Source: an uncultured Ruminococcus sp. (GTDB taxonomy: Bacteria > Bacillota > Clostridia > UBA1212). Taken from it: DNA of 64,000 bases. Positions 1 through 10,500 of this stretch are shown here, piece after piece. How positions within the stretch are numbered: the first letter of the stretch is position 1; each line of letters opens with the position of its first letter. The translations under genes were made by a program, and so were the position numbers. The notes beneath the pieces were generated by a model. It did no database searches. It was not told where the DNA came from and saw nothing but the letters and a program-made list of their open reading frames with translations. The stretch covers positions 4,177-68,176 of the forward strand of contig CADAZX010000001.1 in the NCBI GenBank assembly GCA_902792515.1, written 5' to 3'.

Positions 1-597
1 ATCGGCTTAACGCTAGTAGGCTTTGTAGTTTCCTATGTTTGGATGTGCTTCATAACATGGATCGACACAGGTTTTCAAACTTGGGGTGGCATCAATATCG
101 TCAGAATTTTTATCTGGGTTCCTATAATAATTTGGCCTTTTTGTAAACTGTTTAAGGTGGACTGGAAAACATGGCTCGATTTTGCAGGGCCTTCAACTTT
201 GTGTTTAATTCAAGGCGTCGCACATTTTGGATGCGCTTTCGCAGGTTGTTGCCATGGGTACAGGATGGATAACGGATTGTACAACCCAACCCTGCACTAT
301 AAAACCTTCCCAATCCAGTTCATAGAGGCGTTTGTCGCCCTTGCAATTGCATTTTTTCTCTTTATTAGGCATAAAAAACGAAATTATAGAGTGGATGGAA
401 CCACATATTCACTTATGATGGTTTTATTCGGATCAACAAGGTTTTTCCTTGAGTTTTTACGCGATAACAAGAAATTGTTTCTCGGGCTTTCCGATCTTGC
501 AATACACGCATTTGTAATGTTCATAGTCGGTATTGCCTTTTATTTCAGCATTAAATCCTATGAGCATAAACACACAAAAAAGAAAAAGACAACGTAA
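1..597 (+). CDS. Prolipoprotein diacylglyceryl transferase (Lgt) family protein, 5' partial at window edge
   Basis: Frame 1 is open from nt 1. Motif HFGCAFAGCCHG aligns with the Lgt signature GR[LI]GNFxNxExxG (Cys variant). Downstream FPxQxIEA and RFxxEFLRD blocks match Lgt. It is a paralog of the 12880-13641 ORF. Confidence 0.6.
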   Translation: MGLTLVGFVVSYVWMCFITWIDTGFQTWGGINIVRIFIWVPIIIWPFCKLFKVDWKTWLDFAGPSTLCLIQGVAHFGCAFAGCCHGYRMDNGLYNPTLHYKTFPIQFIEAFVALAIAFFLFIRHKKRNYRVDGTTYSLMMVLFGSTRFFLEFLRDNKKLFLGLSDLAIHAFVMFIVGIAFYFSIKSYEHKHTKKKKTT

Positions 598-619
598 ATC
601 GTTTGAAGGAGACTTAGTT

Positions 620-3600
620 ATGTTAAAAGATGTATTTAAGCGGTTGACTTCTATCATAATCGTCACGTTTATGGTTCTGTCATTTGTTCCGGCATCACTG
701 ATGTTTATTTCACGTATTCCTGCTAAGGCAGCAGGTTCATTGCAAACCGGAATAGATGGGCTTTCTGCGTCATATGACAACGGAACATGGTCCATCTCTG
801 GAACTACCATAACCGGGTCGGTCAAAACAAGCGAAAGCTCCGGTTGTACAGGAACCACTTATACACCGGTGACCGGCACGCTGACGTTTACCAACACTGG
901 AAGCACAGATGCGATTTTGTCGTATTCCGCTGCTTTGACATCAGGTACCGGAAGTGTAACAGATGCCGGTAATGGTTCAGTTACGCTTGTTGCCGGCGCT
1001 ACTACAACCGTTGTTGTCAGATCAAACAGCAGTGCGTCTGACACGTCTGTTGTGACGATAAGCGATATTAAATTCACTCCGGTTCAAGAAGTTACAGTTA
1101 CGCCTGGCACCGCAGAAAATGGTTCTTTCACGATTGACGGAGGCACTTCAGCTGTAACAAAACTGTCAAACGAAGCGTTTGTCATTGTCGCAACTCCTGC
1201 CTCAGGCTTTCAGTTTTTAGGCTGGTATGACGAGACAAACAGCACATATTTCAGCTTTACTGCCAGCGACTCAGTCTATATTACGCAATCTAAGACTATA
1301 AAACCGATTTTTGTGGCAGCGTCGCTTCCGATTTTCGAAACCGACGGACAGTATTTCACAGATTTGAATGAAGCTGTTTCTTACGCGCAGAATAATAGCC
1401 AGCCCAAGATTACCCTTGTCGGAAACGGAACGCTTCCCGCAGGCAATTATTCGATTCCTAGTGGCATAACCCTTCTGATTCCCTTTGATGATGCGCATAC
1501 AATGTACACGACTACGCCGATAGTTGAATACAATTCTTACACGAGACCGACTGCGTTTAAAACGCTTACGATGGCAAACGGCGCCTCAATTACAATTCAA
1601 AGCGGCGGCGCCATAAGCTTGAGCGGAAAATTGAGTTCAAAAGGACAATATGGAAGCTATAATGGTACGCCTACAGGTCCTGACGGCCGCATCAATATGC
1701 TATCCGGTAGTACGATAACCGTCAAGAGTGGAGGCAATCTTTATGTATGGGGCTATATTTACGGTTCCGGTTCTGTCGTCGCCGAATCCGGCGCAACGAT
1801 TTACGAAGCGTTCCAGATCAAAGACTGGCGAGGAGGTTCCGCAACACTCAGCATTTCAAGTTACGCTTTTATTTTCAGCCAGTATTACGTTCAAAACATT
1901 GAGGTTCCATTAACGATTCACGCCGGGGCGACGGAAAAACTGTATTCTTCCGCAAATGCCAACAGCAGTGCATATCCCCTCGGCGCAACCTTTATCGGAT
2001 CAGGCGGACTCTTCAACATTTCTTCTGGATATATCATTAAAGACTATATTGAAAGCACCGACCGTTTACGGGTTGATGTCTACGGGGATATCAACGTCTC
2101 GTCAATGAGTATTACCGGCATTCCTCTTATTGGTTCTGTTAGTACATCCGATTACGAACTGCCGATTAACGGTAACATTTCAATTAATATTCACACCGGA
2201 ACTACGAATGTTAAGCAAGACCTAAAGTTGTTGCCTGGTGTTGAAATCACTATTGACAATGATGCTAATTTTAGTATTTCTTCCGGAAAAAAAGTTTATG
2301 TCTATGACAAAGACGACTGGGGTAATTTCACCGGAACGTACCCGCTTTATGTCATAGGGTACTCCGTAGCCAACGGAGCGACTACTATACGTACTCCAGC
2401 GAGTCTCAATGATGGTAAGATAGATGTTAACGGCACAGTAACTGTGTACGGCGACTTTTACACATCTGCAGGCGGCGCAGATATTACTTCTTCTGAAGGC
2501 ACCGGAAAAATAGTGTTGAAACAAGCCCCCGCAACGGGAGATGTCACGTTGTATGAGATGGCTAATAATAGCACCAAAACACCAGTAACATTTAATGCTG
2601 CAACGCTTCACAACGGTTGTGCCGATCCAGCGTATACTGCAACAGCCGGTTCCGCTGCAAATACTACGTTTATATACTGCAAGATATGTGATCCTGATGG
2701 TATTTGGAAAAAAGAACACGACCACGATGATACTTTCACAGTAACCTGGAAGAATGACGACGGTACGGTTCTCGAAACCGATGAGAACGTTCCTTACGGC
2801 ACTGTTCCGACCTACGACGGAGAGACTCCTGAAAAGGCCGCTACCGCTCAGTACACTTACACATTCGACAAGTGGACTCCGGATGTTGGTGCCATTGAAG
2901 GCGATACCGTCTACACCGCTACGTTCACTTCAACGGTCAACACCTATACAGTAACCTGGAAGAACGAAGACGGTACGGTTCTCGAAACCGACGAGAACGT
3001 TCCTTACGGTAGTGTTCCGACATACGACGGTGAGACTCCTGAAAAGGCCGCTACCGCTCAGTACACTTACACATTTGACAAGTGGACTCCGGCTGTTGCA
3101 ACTATTGAAGGCAACACTGTCTACACAGCTACGTTCACTTCGACGGTCAACACCTACACCGTGACCTGGATTATTGACGGCGAGTCCGAAACCGAAACCT
3201 ACGAATACGGTGCAACTCCGGTTCACGCAGATCCTGTCAAGGAAGCTGACGCTCAGTACACCTACACCTTCATCGCCTGGACTCCTGCGATTGAAACAGT
3301 TACCAAAGACGCAGCCTACACCGCTACGTTCTCTTCCACAGTCAACACTTACACAGTAACCTGGAAGAACGAAGACGGCACGGTTCTCGAAACTGATGAG
3401 AACGTTCCTTACGGTACAACTCCTTCCTACGACGGCGAGACTCCTGAAAAGGCCGCTACCGCTCAGTACACTTTCACATTCGACAAGTGGACTCCGGATA
3501 TCACAGCTATTGAAGGCGATGTTACCTACACCGCTACGTTCACTTCAACTGTTAACAAGTACACGGTAACCTGGAAGAACGAAGACGGTACGGTTCTCGA

Positions 3601-6600
3601 AACCGACGAGGACGTTCCTTACGGCACTCTTCCGACCTACGACGGCGAGACTCCTGAAAAGGCCGCTACCGCTCAGTACACCTACACTTTTGCTACATGG
3701 AATCCTGAGATTTCCGAAGTTACCGGCAATGTTACCTACACCGCTACGTTCACTTCAACTGTTAATAAGTACACGGTAACCTGGAAGAACGAAGACGGCA
3801 CGGTTCTCGAAACCGACGTAGATGTTCCTTACGGTACAACTCCTTCCTACGACGGCGAGGTTCCTGAAAAGGCCGCTACAGCTCAGTACACTTATGAATT
3901 CGACAAGTGGACTCCGGATATCACAACGGTTGAAGGCAATGTTACTTACACCGCGACCTTCACCTCCACGGTCAATACTTACACAGTAACTTGGAAGAAC
4001 GAAGACGGCACGGTTCTCGAAACAGACGTAGATGTTCCTTACGGTACAACTCCTTCCTACGACGGCGAGGTCCCTGAAAAGGCCGCTACCGCTCAATACA
4101 CCTACACATTTGCCGCATGGAATCCTGAGATTTCCGAAGTTACCGGCGATGTGACTTACACCGCAACCTTCACTTCCACAGTCAACACCTACACTGTAAC
4201 CTGGAAGAACGAAGACGGCACGGTCCTCGAAACAGATGAGAACGTACCTTACGGCACTGTTCCGACCTACGACGGCGAAACTCCTGAAAAGGCCGCTACC
4301 GCTCAGTACACTTTCACATTTTATAAGTGGAACCCGGATGTCGCTGCCATTGAAGGCGACACTGTCTACACCGCAAGCTTCATTTCCACGGACAACACCT
4401 ACACCGTAACCTGGAAGAACGAAGACGGTACGGTTCTCGAAACCGACGTGGATGTTCCTTACGGCGCTATTCCGACCTACGACGGAGAGACTCCCGAAAA
4501 GGCCGCTACCGCTCAGTACACTTACACATTCGACAAGTGGACTCCGGACGTTGCGGCCATTGAAGGCGACACCGTCTACACCGCTACGTTCACTTCCACG
4601 GTCAACACCTACACCGTAACCTGGAAGAATGAAGACGGCACGGTTCTCGAAACCGACGAGGACGTTCCTTACGGCACTGTTCCGACCTACGATGGTGAGA
4701 CTCCTGAGAAGGCTGCTACCGCTCAGTACACCTACACGTTCGATAAGTGGACTCCGGACGTCGCTGCCATTGAAGGCGACACTGTCTACACCGCAACCTT
4801 CACTTCCACAGTCAATACTTACACAGTAACCTGGAAGAACGAAGACGGTTCGGTTCTCGAAACCGATGAAGATGTTCCTTATGGTACAACTCCTTCCTAC
4901 GATGGTGAGACTCCTGAGAAGGCTGCTACCGCTCAGTACACTTACACATTCGACAAGTGGGCTCCGGACGTTGCTGCCATTGAAGGCGACATTGTCTACA
5001 CCGCCACCTTCACTTCCACAGTCAACACTTACACCGTAACCTGGAAGAACGAAGACGGTTCGGTTCTCGAAACCGATGTGGACGTTCCTTACGGCACTGT
5101 TCCGACCTACGACGGCGAGGTTCCTGAAAAGGCCGCTACAGCTCAGTATACTTACACGTTTGATAAGTGGGCTCCGGATGTCGCTGCCATTGAAGGTGAT
5201 GTCACCTACACCGCTACGTTCACTTCTACGGTCAACACCTATACAGTAACCTGGAAGAACGAAGACGGCGCAGTTCTCGAAACCGACAAGAATGTTCCTT
5301 ACGGTACTGTTCCGACCTACAATGGCGAGACTCCTACCAAGGCCGCTACCGCTCAGTACACTTACACGTTTGATAAGTGGACTCCGGATGTCGCTGCCAT
5401 TGGAGGCGACACTGTCTACACCGCCACCTTCACTTCCACAGTCAACATCTACACCGTGACTTGGATTATCGACGGAGAGTCCGAGACTGAAGAGTATGAA
5501 TACGGTGCCACCCCGGCTCACGCCGATCCTGTTAAGGAAGCTGACGCCCAGTACACCTACACGTTCACCGGCTGGGATCCTGAGATTACCGACGTTACCG
5601 GTAACAAGACCTACACCGCCCAGTTCTCCTCTACCGTTAACAAGTACACGGTTAAATTCGTAAACGGCGAGGTTGAGCTTCAGAGCGAAGAACTCGAGTA
5701 CGGCACAATGCCCGTATATAAAGGCGAGGAACCCACGAAAACCGCTGACGCTCAGTACACCTACGCTTTTGCGGGTTGGAATCCTGAAATTTCCGAAGTT
5801 AAAGGCGAAGTGACCTACACCGCTGTTTTCGACGCTACGGTTAACACTTACACGGTAAAATGGATTGTTGAAGGCGTCGAGACGACCGAGACCTACGAAT
5901 ACGGTCAGACTCCTTCCTACAAGGGCGAGACGCCTTCGAAACCTTCCACGACCGAGCTCGTTTACACGTTCACCGGCTGGGATTCTGAGATTGTTGAAGT
6001 TATAGGACCCGCGACCTACACGGCCGTTTTCGAATCATCCGCAAGACCTTACACGATCACCTGGAAGAACTTCGACGGCGAGATTATCAAGACCTCCGAG
6101 GTTCCTTACGGCACCGTTCCCGAGTTTGACGGTGAAGTTCCCGCGAAGCCCTACGACGGCACGCACGATTTCGTACTCGCCGGCTGGTACCCCGTTCTCG
6201 TTGCTGTTACCGGCGAGGCCACTTACACGGCAGAGTTTGCCGCGGTGACACCCAACGTTGAGACAATTGACGAGACGCTGAAAATCAACGCTCACACGAT
6301 TGCGCTCTACAACGACCTCTCGATCATCTATAAGGTCAACGCTGCGCTGCTTGATGGATGCACTGATCCTTACATCATCGCCACGATCAACAACAAGGCG
6401 TACCGCATTGAAGGTGTCCGCACTTCTAGCGACGGCAAGGACCGCTACTGGTTCGAGCTGAAGAACATTCTGCCGCAGCAGGCCGCTACCACGGTTTACA
6501 CAGTACTTTTCGCCACGAAGGACGGCGAGACCATTAAGAGCAAGATCGACGAGTACAGTATCAGAAACTACTGCAAGAACATTCTGAACAACGAAACGTA

Positions 6601-7183
6601 CGCGACAGCGGACACTTACGCGAAGCTTCGCACGCTTCTCGTCGACCTCGTCAACTACGGCGCGGCGGCTCAGGAGTACATCAACTACAGAGTCGACGAC
6701 CTCTGCAACAACTTCCTCACCGAAGCGCAGGTCGCCATGGCTACGCCGGAAGTTCCTGAACTCACGGACAGACTCAGCTCCACTGATTTCGAGTCGCCTG
6801 ACGTAGTATTCAAAGGCATTACGATCCGCCTTGACGCGGCTGTTTCGATCCGCTACGGCTTCGACGCGGAGTACGCTGACGGTCTGGCTCCTGTCTTCAC
6901 CAACAGCAACGGCAAGCAGTCGACCGCTCTAGTTCTCGATAACACGGATCCCAGATACTCCGGTGCTTACTGCACGTACTACAGCGGCTACAACTTCTCG
7001 CAGATGGACAACCCTGTAACGCTCACGGTCTACTCGGCAGAGGGCGAACCCGTCAGTAAGACGGTAACGTTCAGCATCAACTCGTACCTCTCCAGGCACG
7101 TCAACGATTCCAACGCAAAGGTCGCGAACATCTGCATAGCGCTTGCGAAGCTCGGCGCTTCCGCGAAGGCTTTCAACGGCTGA
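620..7183 (+). CDS. Giant secreted repeat protein. Signal peptide, N-terminal domain, G/S/T-rich beta-helix-like region, about 17 tandem Listeria-Bacteroides-type repeats (~70 aa), and a conserved C-terminal domain.
   Basis: RBS AGGAGA 7 nt before ATG at 620 (third Met of the ORF). Hydrophobic signal IIIVTFMVLSFVPASLMFISRIPAKA. Repeats YTVTWKNEDGTVLETD..YG..P.YDGETPEKAATAQYTYTFDKWTPD....G..YTATF match the LBR (Flg_new-like) pattern. Paralogous to 7515-10805. Confidence 0.8.
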   Translation: MLKDVFKRLTSIIIVTFMVLSFVPASLMFISRIPAKAAGSLQTGIDGLSASYDNGTWSISGTTITGSVKTSESSGCTGTTYTPVTGTLTFTNTGSTDAILSYSAALTSGTGSVTDAGNGSVTLVAGATTTVVVRSNSSASDTSVVTISDIKFTPVQEVTVTPGTAENGSFTIDGGTSAVTKLSNEAFVIVATPASGFQFLGWYDETNSTYFSFTASDSVYITQSKTIKPIFVAASLPIFETDGQYFTDLNEAVSYAQNNSQPKITLVGNGTLPAGNYSIPSGITLLIPFDDAHTMYTTTPIVEYNSYTRPTAFKTLTMANGASITIQSGGAISLSGKLSSKGQYGSYNGTPTGPDGRINMLSGSTITVKSGGNLYVWGYIYGSGSVVAESGATIYEAFQIKDWRGGSATLSISSYAFIFSQYYVQNIEVPLTIHAGATEKLYSSANANSSAYPLGATFIGSGGLFNISSGYIIKDYIESTDRLRVDVYGDINVSSMSITGIPLIGSVSTSDYELPINGNISINIHTGTTNVKQDLKLLPGVEITIDNDANFSISSGKKVYVYDKDDWGNFTGTYPLYVIGYSVANGATTIRTPASLNDGKIDVNGTVTVYGDFYTSAGGADITSSEGTGKIVLKQAPATGDVTLYEMANNSTKTPVTFNAATLHNGCADPAYTATAGSAANTTFIYCKICDPDGIWKKEHDHDDTFTVTWKNDDGTVLETDENVPYGTVPTYDGETPEKAATAQYTYTFDKWTPDVGAIEGDTVYTATFTSTVNTYTVTWKNEDGTVLETDENVPYGSVPTYDGETPEKAATAQYTYTFDKWTPAVATIEGNTVYTATFTSTVNTYTVTWIIDGESETETYEYGATPVHADPVKEADAQYTYTFIAWTPAIETVTKDAAYTATFSSTVNTYTVTWKNEDGTVLETDENVPYGTTPSYDGETPEKAATAQYTFTFDKWTPDITAIEGDVTYTATFTSTVNKYTVTWKNEDGTVLETDEDVPYGTLPTYDGETPEKAATAQYTYTFATWNPEISEVTGNVTYTATFTSTVNKYTVTWKNEDGTVLETDVDVPYGTTPSYDGEVPEKAATAQYTYEFDKWTPDITTVEGNVTYTATFTSTVNTYTVTWKNEDGTVLETDVDVPYGTTPSYDGEVPEKAATAQYTYTFAAWNPEISEVTGDVTYTATFTSTVNTYTVTWKNEDGTVLETDENVPYGTVPTYDGETPEKAATAQYTFTFYKWNPDVAAIEGDTVYTASFISTDNTYTVTWKNEDGTVLETDVDVPYGAIPTYDGETPEKAATAQYTYTFDKWTPDVAAIEGDTVYTATFTSTVNTYTVTWKNEDGTVLETDEDVPYGTVPTYDGETPEKAATAQYTYTFDKWTPDVAAIEGDTVYTATFTSTVNTYTVTWKNEDGSVLETDEDVPYGTTPSYDGETPEKAATAQYTYTFDKWAPDVAAIEGDIVYTATFTSTVNTYTVTWKNEDGSVLETDVDVPYGTVPTYDGEVPEKAATAQYTYTFDKWAPDVAAIEGDVTYTATFTSTVNTYTVTWKNEDGAVLETDKNVPYGTVPTYNGETPTKAATAQYTYTFDKWTPDVAAIGGDTVYTATFTSTVNIYTVTWIIDGESETEEYEYGATPAHADPVKEADAQYTYTFTGWDPEITDVTGNKTYTAQFSSTVNKYTVKFVNGEVELQSEELEYGTMPVYKGEEPTKTADAQYTYAFAGWNPEISEVKGEVTYTAVFDATVNTYTVKWIVEGVETTETYEYGQTPSYKGETPSKPSTTELVYTFTGWDSEIVEVIGPATYTAVFESSARPYTITWKNFDGEIIKTSEVPYGTVPEFDGEVPAKPYDGTHDFVLAGWYPVLVAVTGEATYTAEFAAVTPNVETIDETLKINAHTIALYNDLSIIYKVNAALLDGCTDPYIIATINNKAYRIEGVRTSSDGKDRYWFELKNILPQQAATTVYTVLFATKDGETIKSKIDEYSIRNYCKNILNNETYATADTYAKLRTLLVDLVNYGAAAQEYINYRVDDLCNNFLTEAQVAMATPEVPELTDRLSSTDFESPDVVFKGITIRLDAAVSIRYGFDAEYADGLAPVFTNSNGKQSTALVLDNTDPRYSGAYCTYYSGYNFSQMDNPVTLTVYSAEGEPVSKTVTFSINSYLSRHVNDSNAKVANICIALAKLGASAKAFNG
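2740..6250. repeat. About 17 tandem ~210-bp coding repeats (LBR units) at very high nucleotide identity
   Basis: Direct reading shows repeated blocks acctggaagaacgaagacggtacggttctcgaaaccgac...gctaccgctcagtacac recurring every ~210 bp. The minus-strand 588-aa ORF 3755-5521 is an antisense artefact of this periodicity. Confidence 0.85.
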
Positions 7184-7245
7184 CGAAAATGTAATTGAAC
7201 ACTTTCCGCGCTTTCGGTTTTGTTGTTGAAAGCTCGGAAGGCCGC

Positions 7246-7284
7246 GGGGCCGCCCCTGAATCGTTTCGGGGCGGCCCCTTTTTT
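7246..7284 (+). terminator. Rho-independent terminator after giant protein 1
   Basis: GGGGCCGCCCC-loop-GGGGCGGCCCC perfect inverted repeat followed by TTTTTT. Confidence 0.8.
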
Positions 7285-7514
7285 GCCGCTTCGGGATCCG
7301 TCTTTTTTGCCGGGATTTTGGGGAAAGATTTCGGACCGGAAGGCGGAAATCGCCTTGCCAAGCGGGAGGGTTTGTTGTAGAATGTATAAAGTAAATAAAT
7401 ACGCACGCGCGCACACGCGAGCCTTGGTTTAGTTTTTTCATAGGCGGTTACGGGTGCGGGTTTTGCGGCCATTTTCGCCTGTTTTTCGGGCAGTTTTGGA
7501 AATGAGGTATTTTT

Positions 7515-10500
7515 ATGTTTAGAAGCAACACTACTGACAAAAAAGCGGCAGTTCGTGGGCACGGAAAGAGCCTTTGGATCATTTTCGCGGTTTGTCTTCT
7601 CGCCGCGTTGTTTGTGATGGCCGGCACGATGATATTCGCCGACAACTACGATCCCGGAATCAGCGGGCTTACGGTTGTCGCAGGCGGTGACGCAAGCTGG
7701 TCATTCGCGAGCGGCAAGCTGACCGGCACCGTTTCGGCTCTCGTTGAACAGGGCTGTGCGGGAGAAAAGTTCACTCCGCAGACAGGCACGTACACGTTCA
7801 CGAACGCTACGGCGGAGGAGCGCGTTCTGGGCTTTGACTACAATCTCGAGCTCAACGGCGGAACCGTCAGCGTAGACGGCACGTCCGTTACCAGTCCCGG
7901 TACGTTCAACAAGGTTATGCAGGCAAACGAGGACGTCGTTATTTCGATCACCTCGAACGCGGTCGACCACAAGTCCACGAGCATTGTGATTTCGAATATC
8001 ATTTTCAATCCCGTCGGCAACGTCACCGTCACTTTTAGACCCGCCGTGAACGGCTCGTACACGGTCAACGGCGAAACGATCACTGCCGACACGGTTAAAA
8101 CGTTCAGCAACACCGAGACGGTCGCCCTCTCCGCCACCGCCTCCTCCGGCTACAAGATCTTCGGCTGGAAGAACGAGACCGCCGGCGACTACTTCTCGGT
8201 TTTCGCCTCGCTCAGTAAGACTTTCTACGATAGCATCACAGTTTGCCCCGAGTTTATTGAAAACGCTTCGCCCGTTTTCAAAGCGGGCAATCAGCTGTTC
8301 GCGGATCTTAACGACGCCGTCGACTTCGCGGTTGCGGACGGTCATGACGTTGTAACTCTTGTATCAAGCGGTACGCTTCCAGCCGGAAATTACACGGTTC
8401 CCGCGGGCGTCACCCTGCTTCTCCCTATGGACGACAGTTTTAACGTCGTGAGAGGCGTTCCGAATATTGTTTACGGCTCGCACTCCAATCCGACCGCTTT
8501 CAGAATGCTGACAATGGCGGACGGCGCGAATCTGACTGTCGCGGGCGATTTAAGCGTTGCGGGCAAACTCTCCGCTACAGGGCAGATGGGCGGCTGGAAC
8601 GGCACCCCCACAGGTCCTGCGGGACGCATCTCTATGAACGAAGGCAGCTCGATCACTCTCGAAAACGGCAGCAACCTCTACTGCTGGGGCTACATCTACG
8701 GCAGCGGCTCCGTTGTCGCCGAGGCCGGCTCCACAGTTTACGAGGCGTTCCAAATCAAGGACTGGCGCGGCGGTACGGCCTCCTCCGACGTCATCGACTA
8801 CGCATTCCTTTTCAGCCAGTACTACATTCAAAACGTCGAGGTCCCGCTGACCATCTACTCCGGCGCCTCGGTAATGCTCTACTCTTCCGTTAACGCTTCC
8901 AGCGCGGCTTATCCCACCGGTGCGGGCTTTATCGGCACTTCCGGCTGCCTTTTCAACATCAGCAGCGGATATATCGTTAAAGATTATATTGAGGCTTCGG
9001 ACAGGCTGCAGGTTGACGTCTACGGCGACATTTCCGTCTCTCCGATGACTCTCACCGGTCTCCCGATGATCGAGTCCATCAGCACGGCGGATACCATTCT
9101 TCCGATCACTTCGAACCTTTCCATTTATATTCACAGCGGCACGACCTCGATTGCCCAGAACATCGAACTTCTTCCGGGCGTTGAGTTTTGTGTTGACAGC
9201 GGCGCTGAGGTCGACGTAGCCGAGGGCAAAAACGTTTACGCCTACGACAACGACGACTGGCTGAATTTCACCGGCAACGCGAGGTTCTACGTTATCGGCT
9301 ACTCTGTCGCTAACGGCACAACCACCAAAAGGACCGCTGCTTCCCTTGTCGACGCCCTGATCGACGTCAACGGCACGCTCAATGTCAGTGGCGGCCTCTA
9401 CACCTCTCTCGGCGGCGCGAACATAACGAGCTCCGAGGGCACCGGCAAGGTCGTTTTCAGCAGCGCGGTAGCTTCCGAAGACGCTACGATCTACGAGATG
9501 CTGAACAACTCGACCCAGACCGAGGTCACCTTCAACCCCGCGCGCCTGCACAACGGCCCTGACCGCGCGGATGGAATTGACGAGTACACTGCCACTCTTG
9601 GCTCCGCCGCCGGCACGACCTTTAAATACTGTAAAACGTGCGACATCTGGGACGATTCCCACACCCACACGATCACCTGGGTGATTAACGGCGAAGCGGA
9701 GACTGAAGAGATCGAGATCGGCACCGTTCCCACCCACGAAACTCCTGTCAAGGCTTCTGACTCGCAGTTTGCGTACAACTTTGCCGCTTGGTTCCCGACT
9801 CCCGTTGAAGTCACCGGCGACGCTACGTACACGGCCGAGTTCGCGGGCTATGAAATCGCCCCCGCAACCGACGACGCGAACCTCAAGCTCAACGCGCGCA
9901 CGCTCTACCTCTACAACGACCTCTCGATCGTCTACAAGATCAACGCCTCGACCATCACGGCCGGCGGGTTCACCGACCCGTACCTGATCTGCACGATCAA
10001 CAACCGCGCGGTCCGCGTCAACGGCACGCTCAAGACAGACGAAGACCACGTCGACAAGTACTTCTTCGAGTTCAAGAACGTCAACCCGCAGCAGATGTCG
10101 ACCTCCGTCTACACCTACGTCTACGCGACCAAAAACGGAGCCCTCACCCGCGGCACCGCGATGACCACGTACAGTGTCCGCAAGTACGCCGAAAACCAGC
10201 TCGCGAAAGCGACCACGCCCGCCGTTCTGCGCACGCTCCTGGTCGACCTCCTCAATTACGGAACCGCCGCCCAGGTCTACAGCAACCACCGCACCGTCGA
10301 CCTCGCCAATTCGACCCTCACCGCCGAGCAGCTCGCTTACGGCTCCACCGAACTTCCCGAACTCGTTTCCGTTTCCGGCCAGGGCCCCGAGATCGACTCG
10401 CCTTCCGTCGCCTGGAAAGGCGTCACTCTGATGCTCGACAAAGCGGTCCAGATAAGGCTGGAAATCGAGTGCGCTGACATCTCCGGTCTCAAGGCCTCTG

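Noticed and set aside
3755-5521. 588-aa minus-strand ORF with its own internal repeats (…GSDIRSPLIKRVSVLSGSGL…)
   Set aside because: It lies entirely antisense to the 210-bp coding repeats of giant protein 1. Its periodicity mirrors the sense-strand repeats. It has no RBS or start context, and the sense strand has clear LBR-domain homology.
7173-7645. Several 60-170-aa ORFs on both strands between the two giant genes
   Set aside because: They lie in the terminator/promoter spacer, with overlapping mutually exclusive frames and Pro/Arg/Gly-rich nonsense composition.
8550-10289. 579-aa minus-strand ORF inside giant protein 2
   Set aside because: Antisense open frame typical of high-GC DNA. 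Arg/Gly/Val-rich low-complexity translation. The sense strand encodes a protein with strong paralogy to the neighbouring gene.
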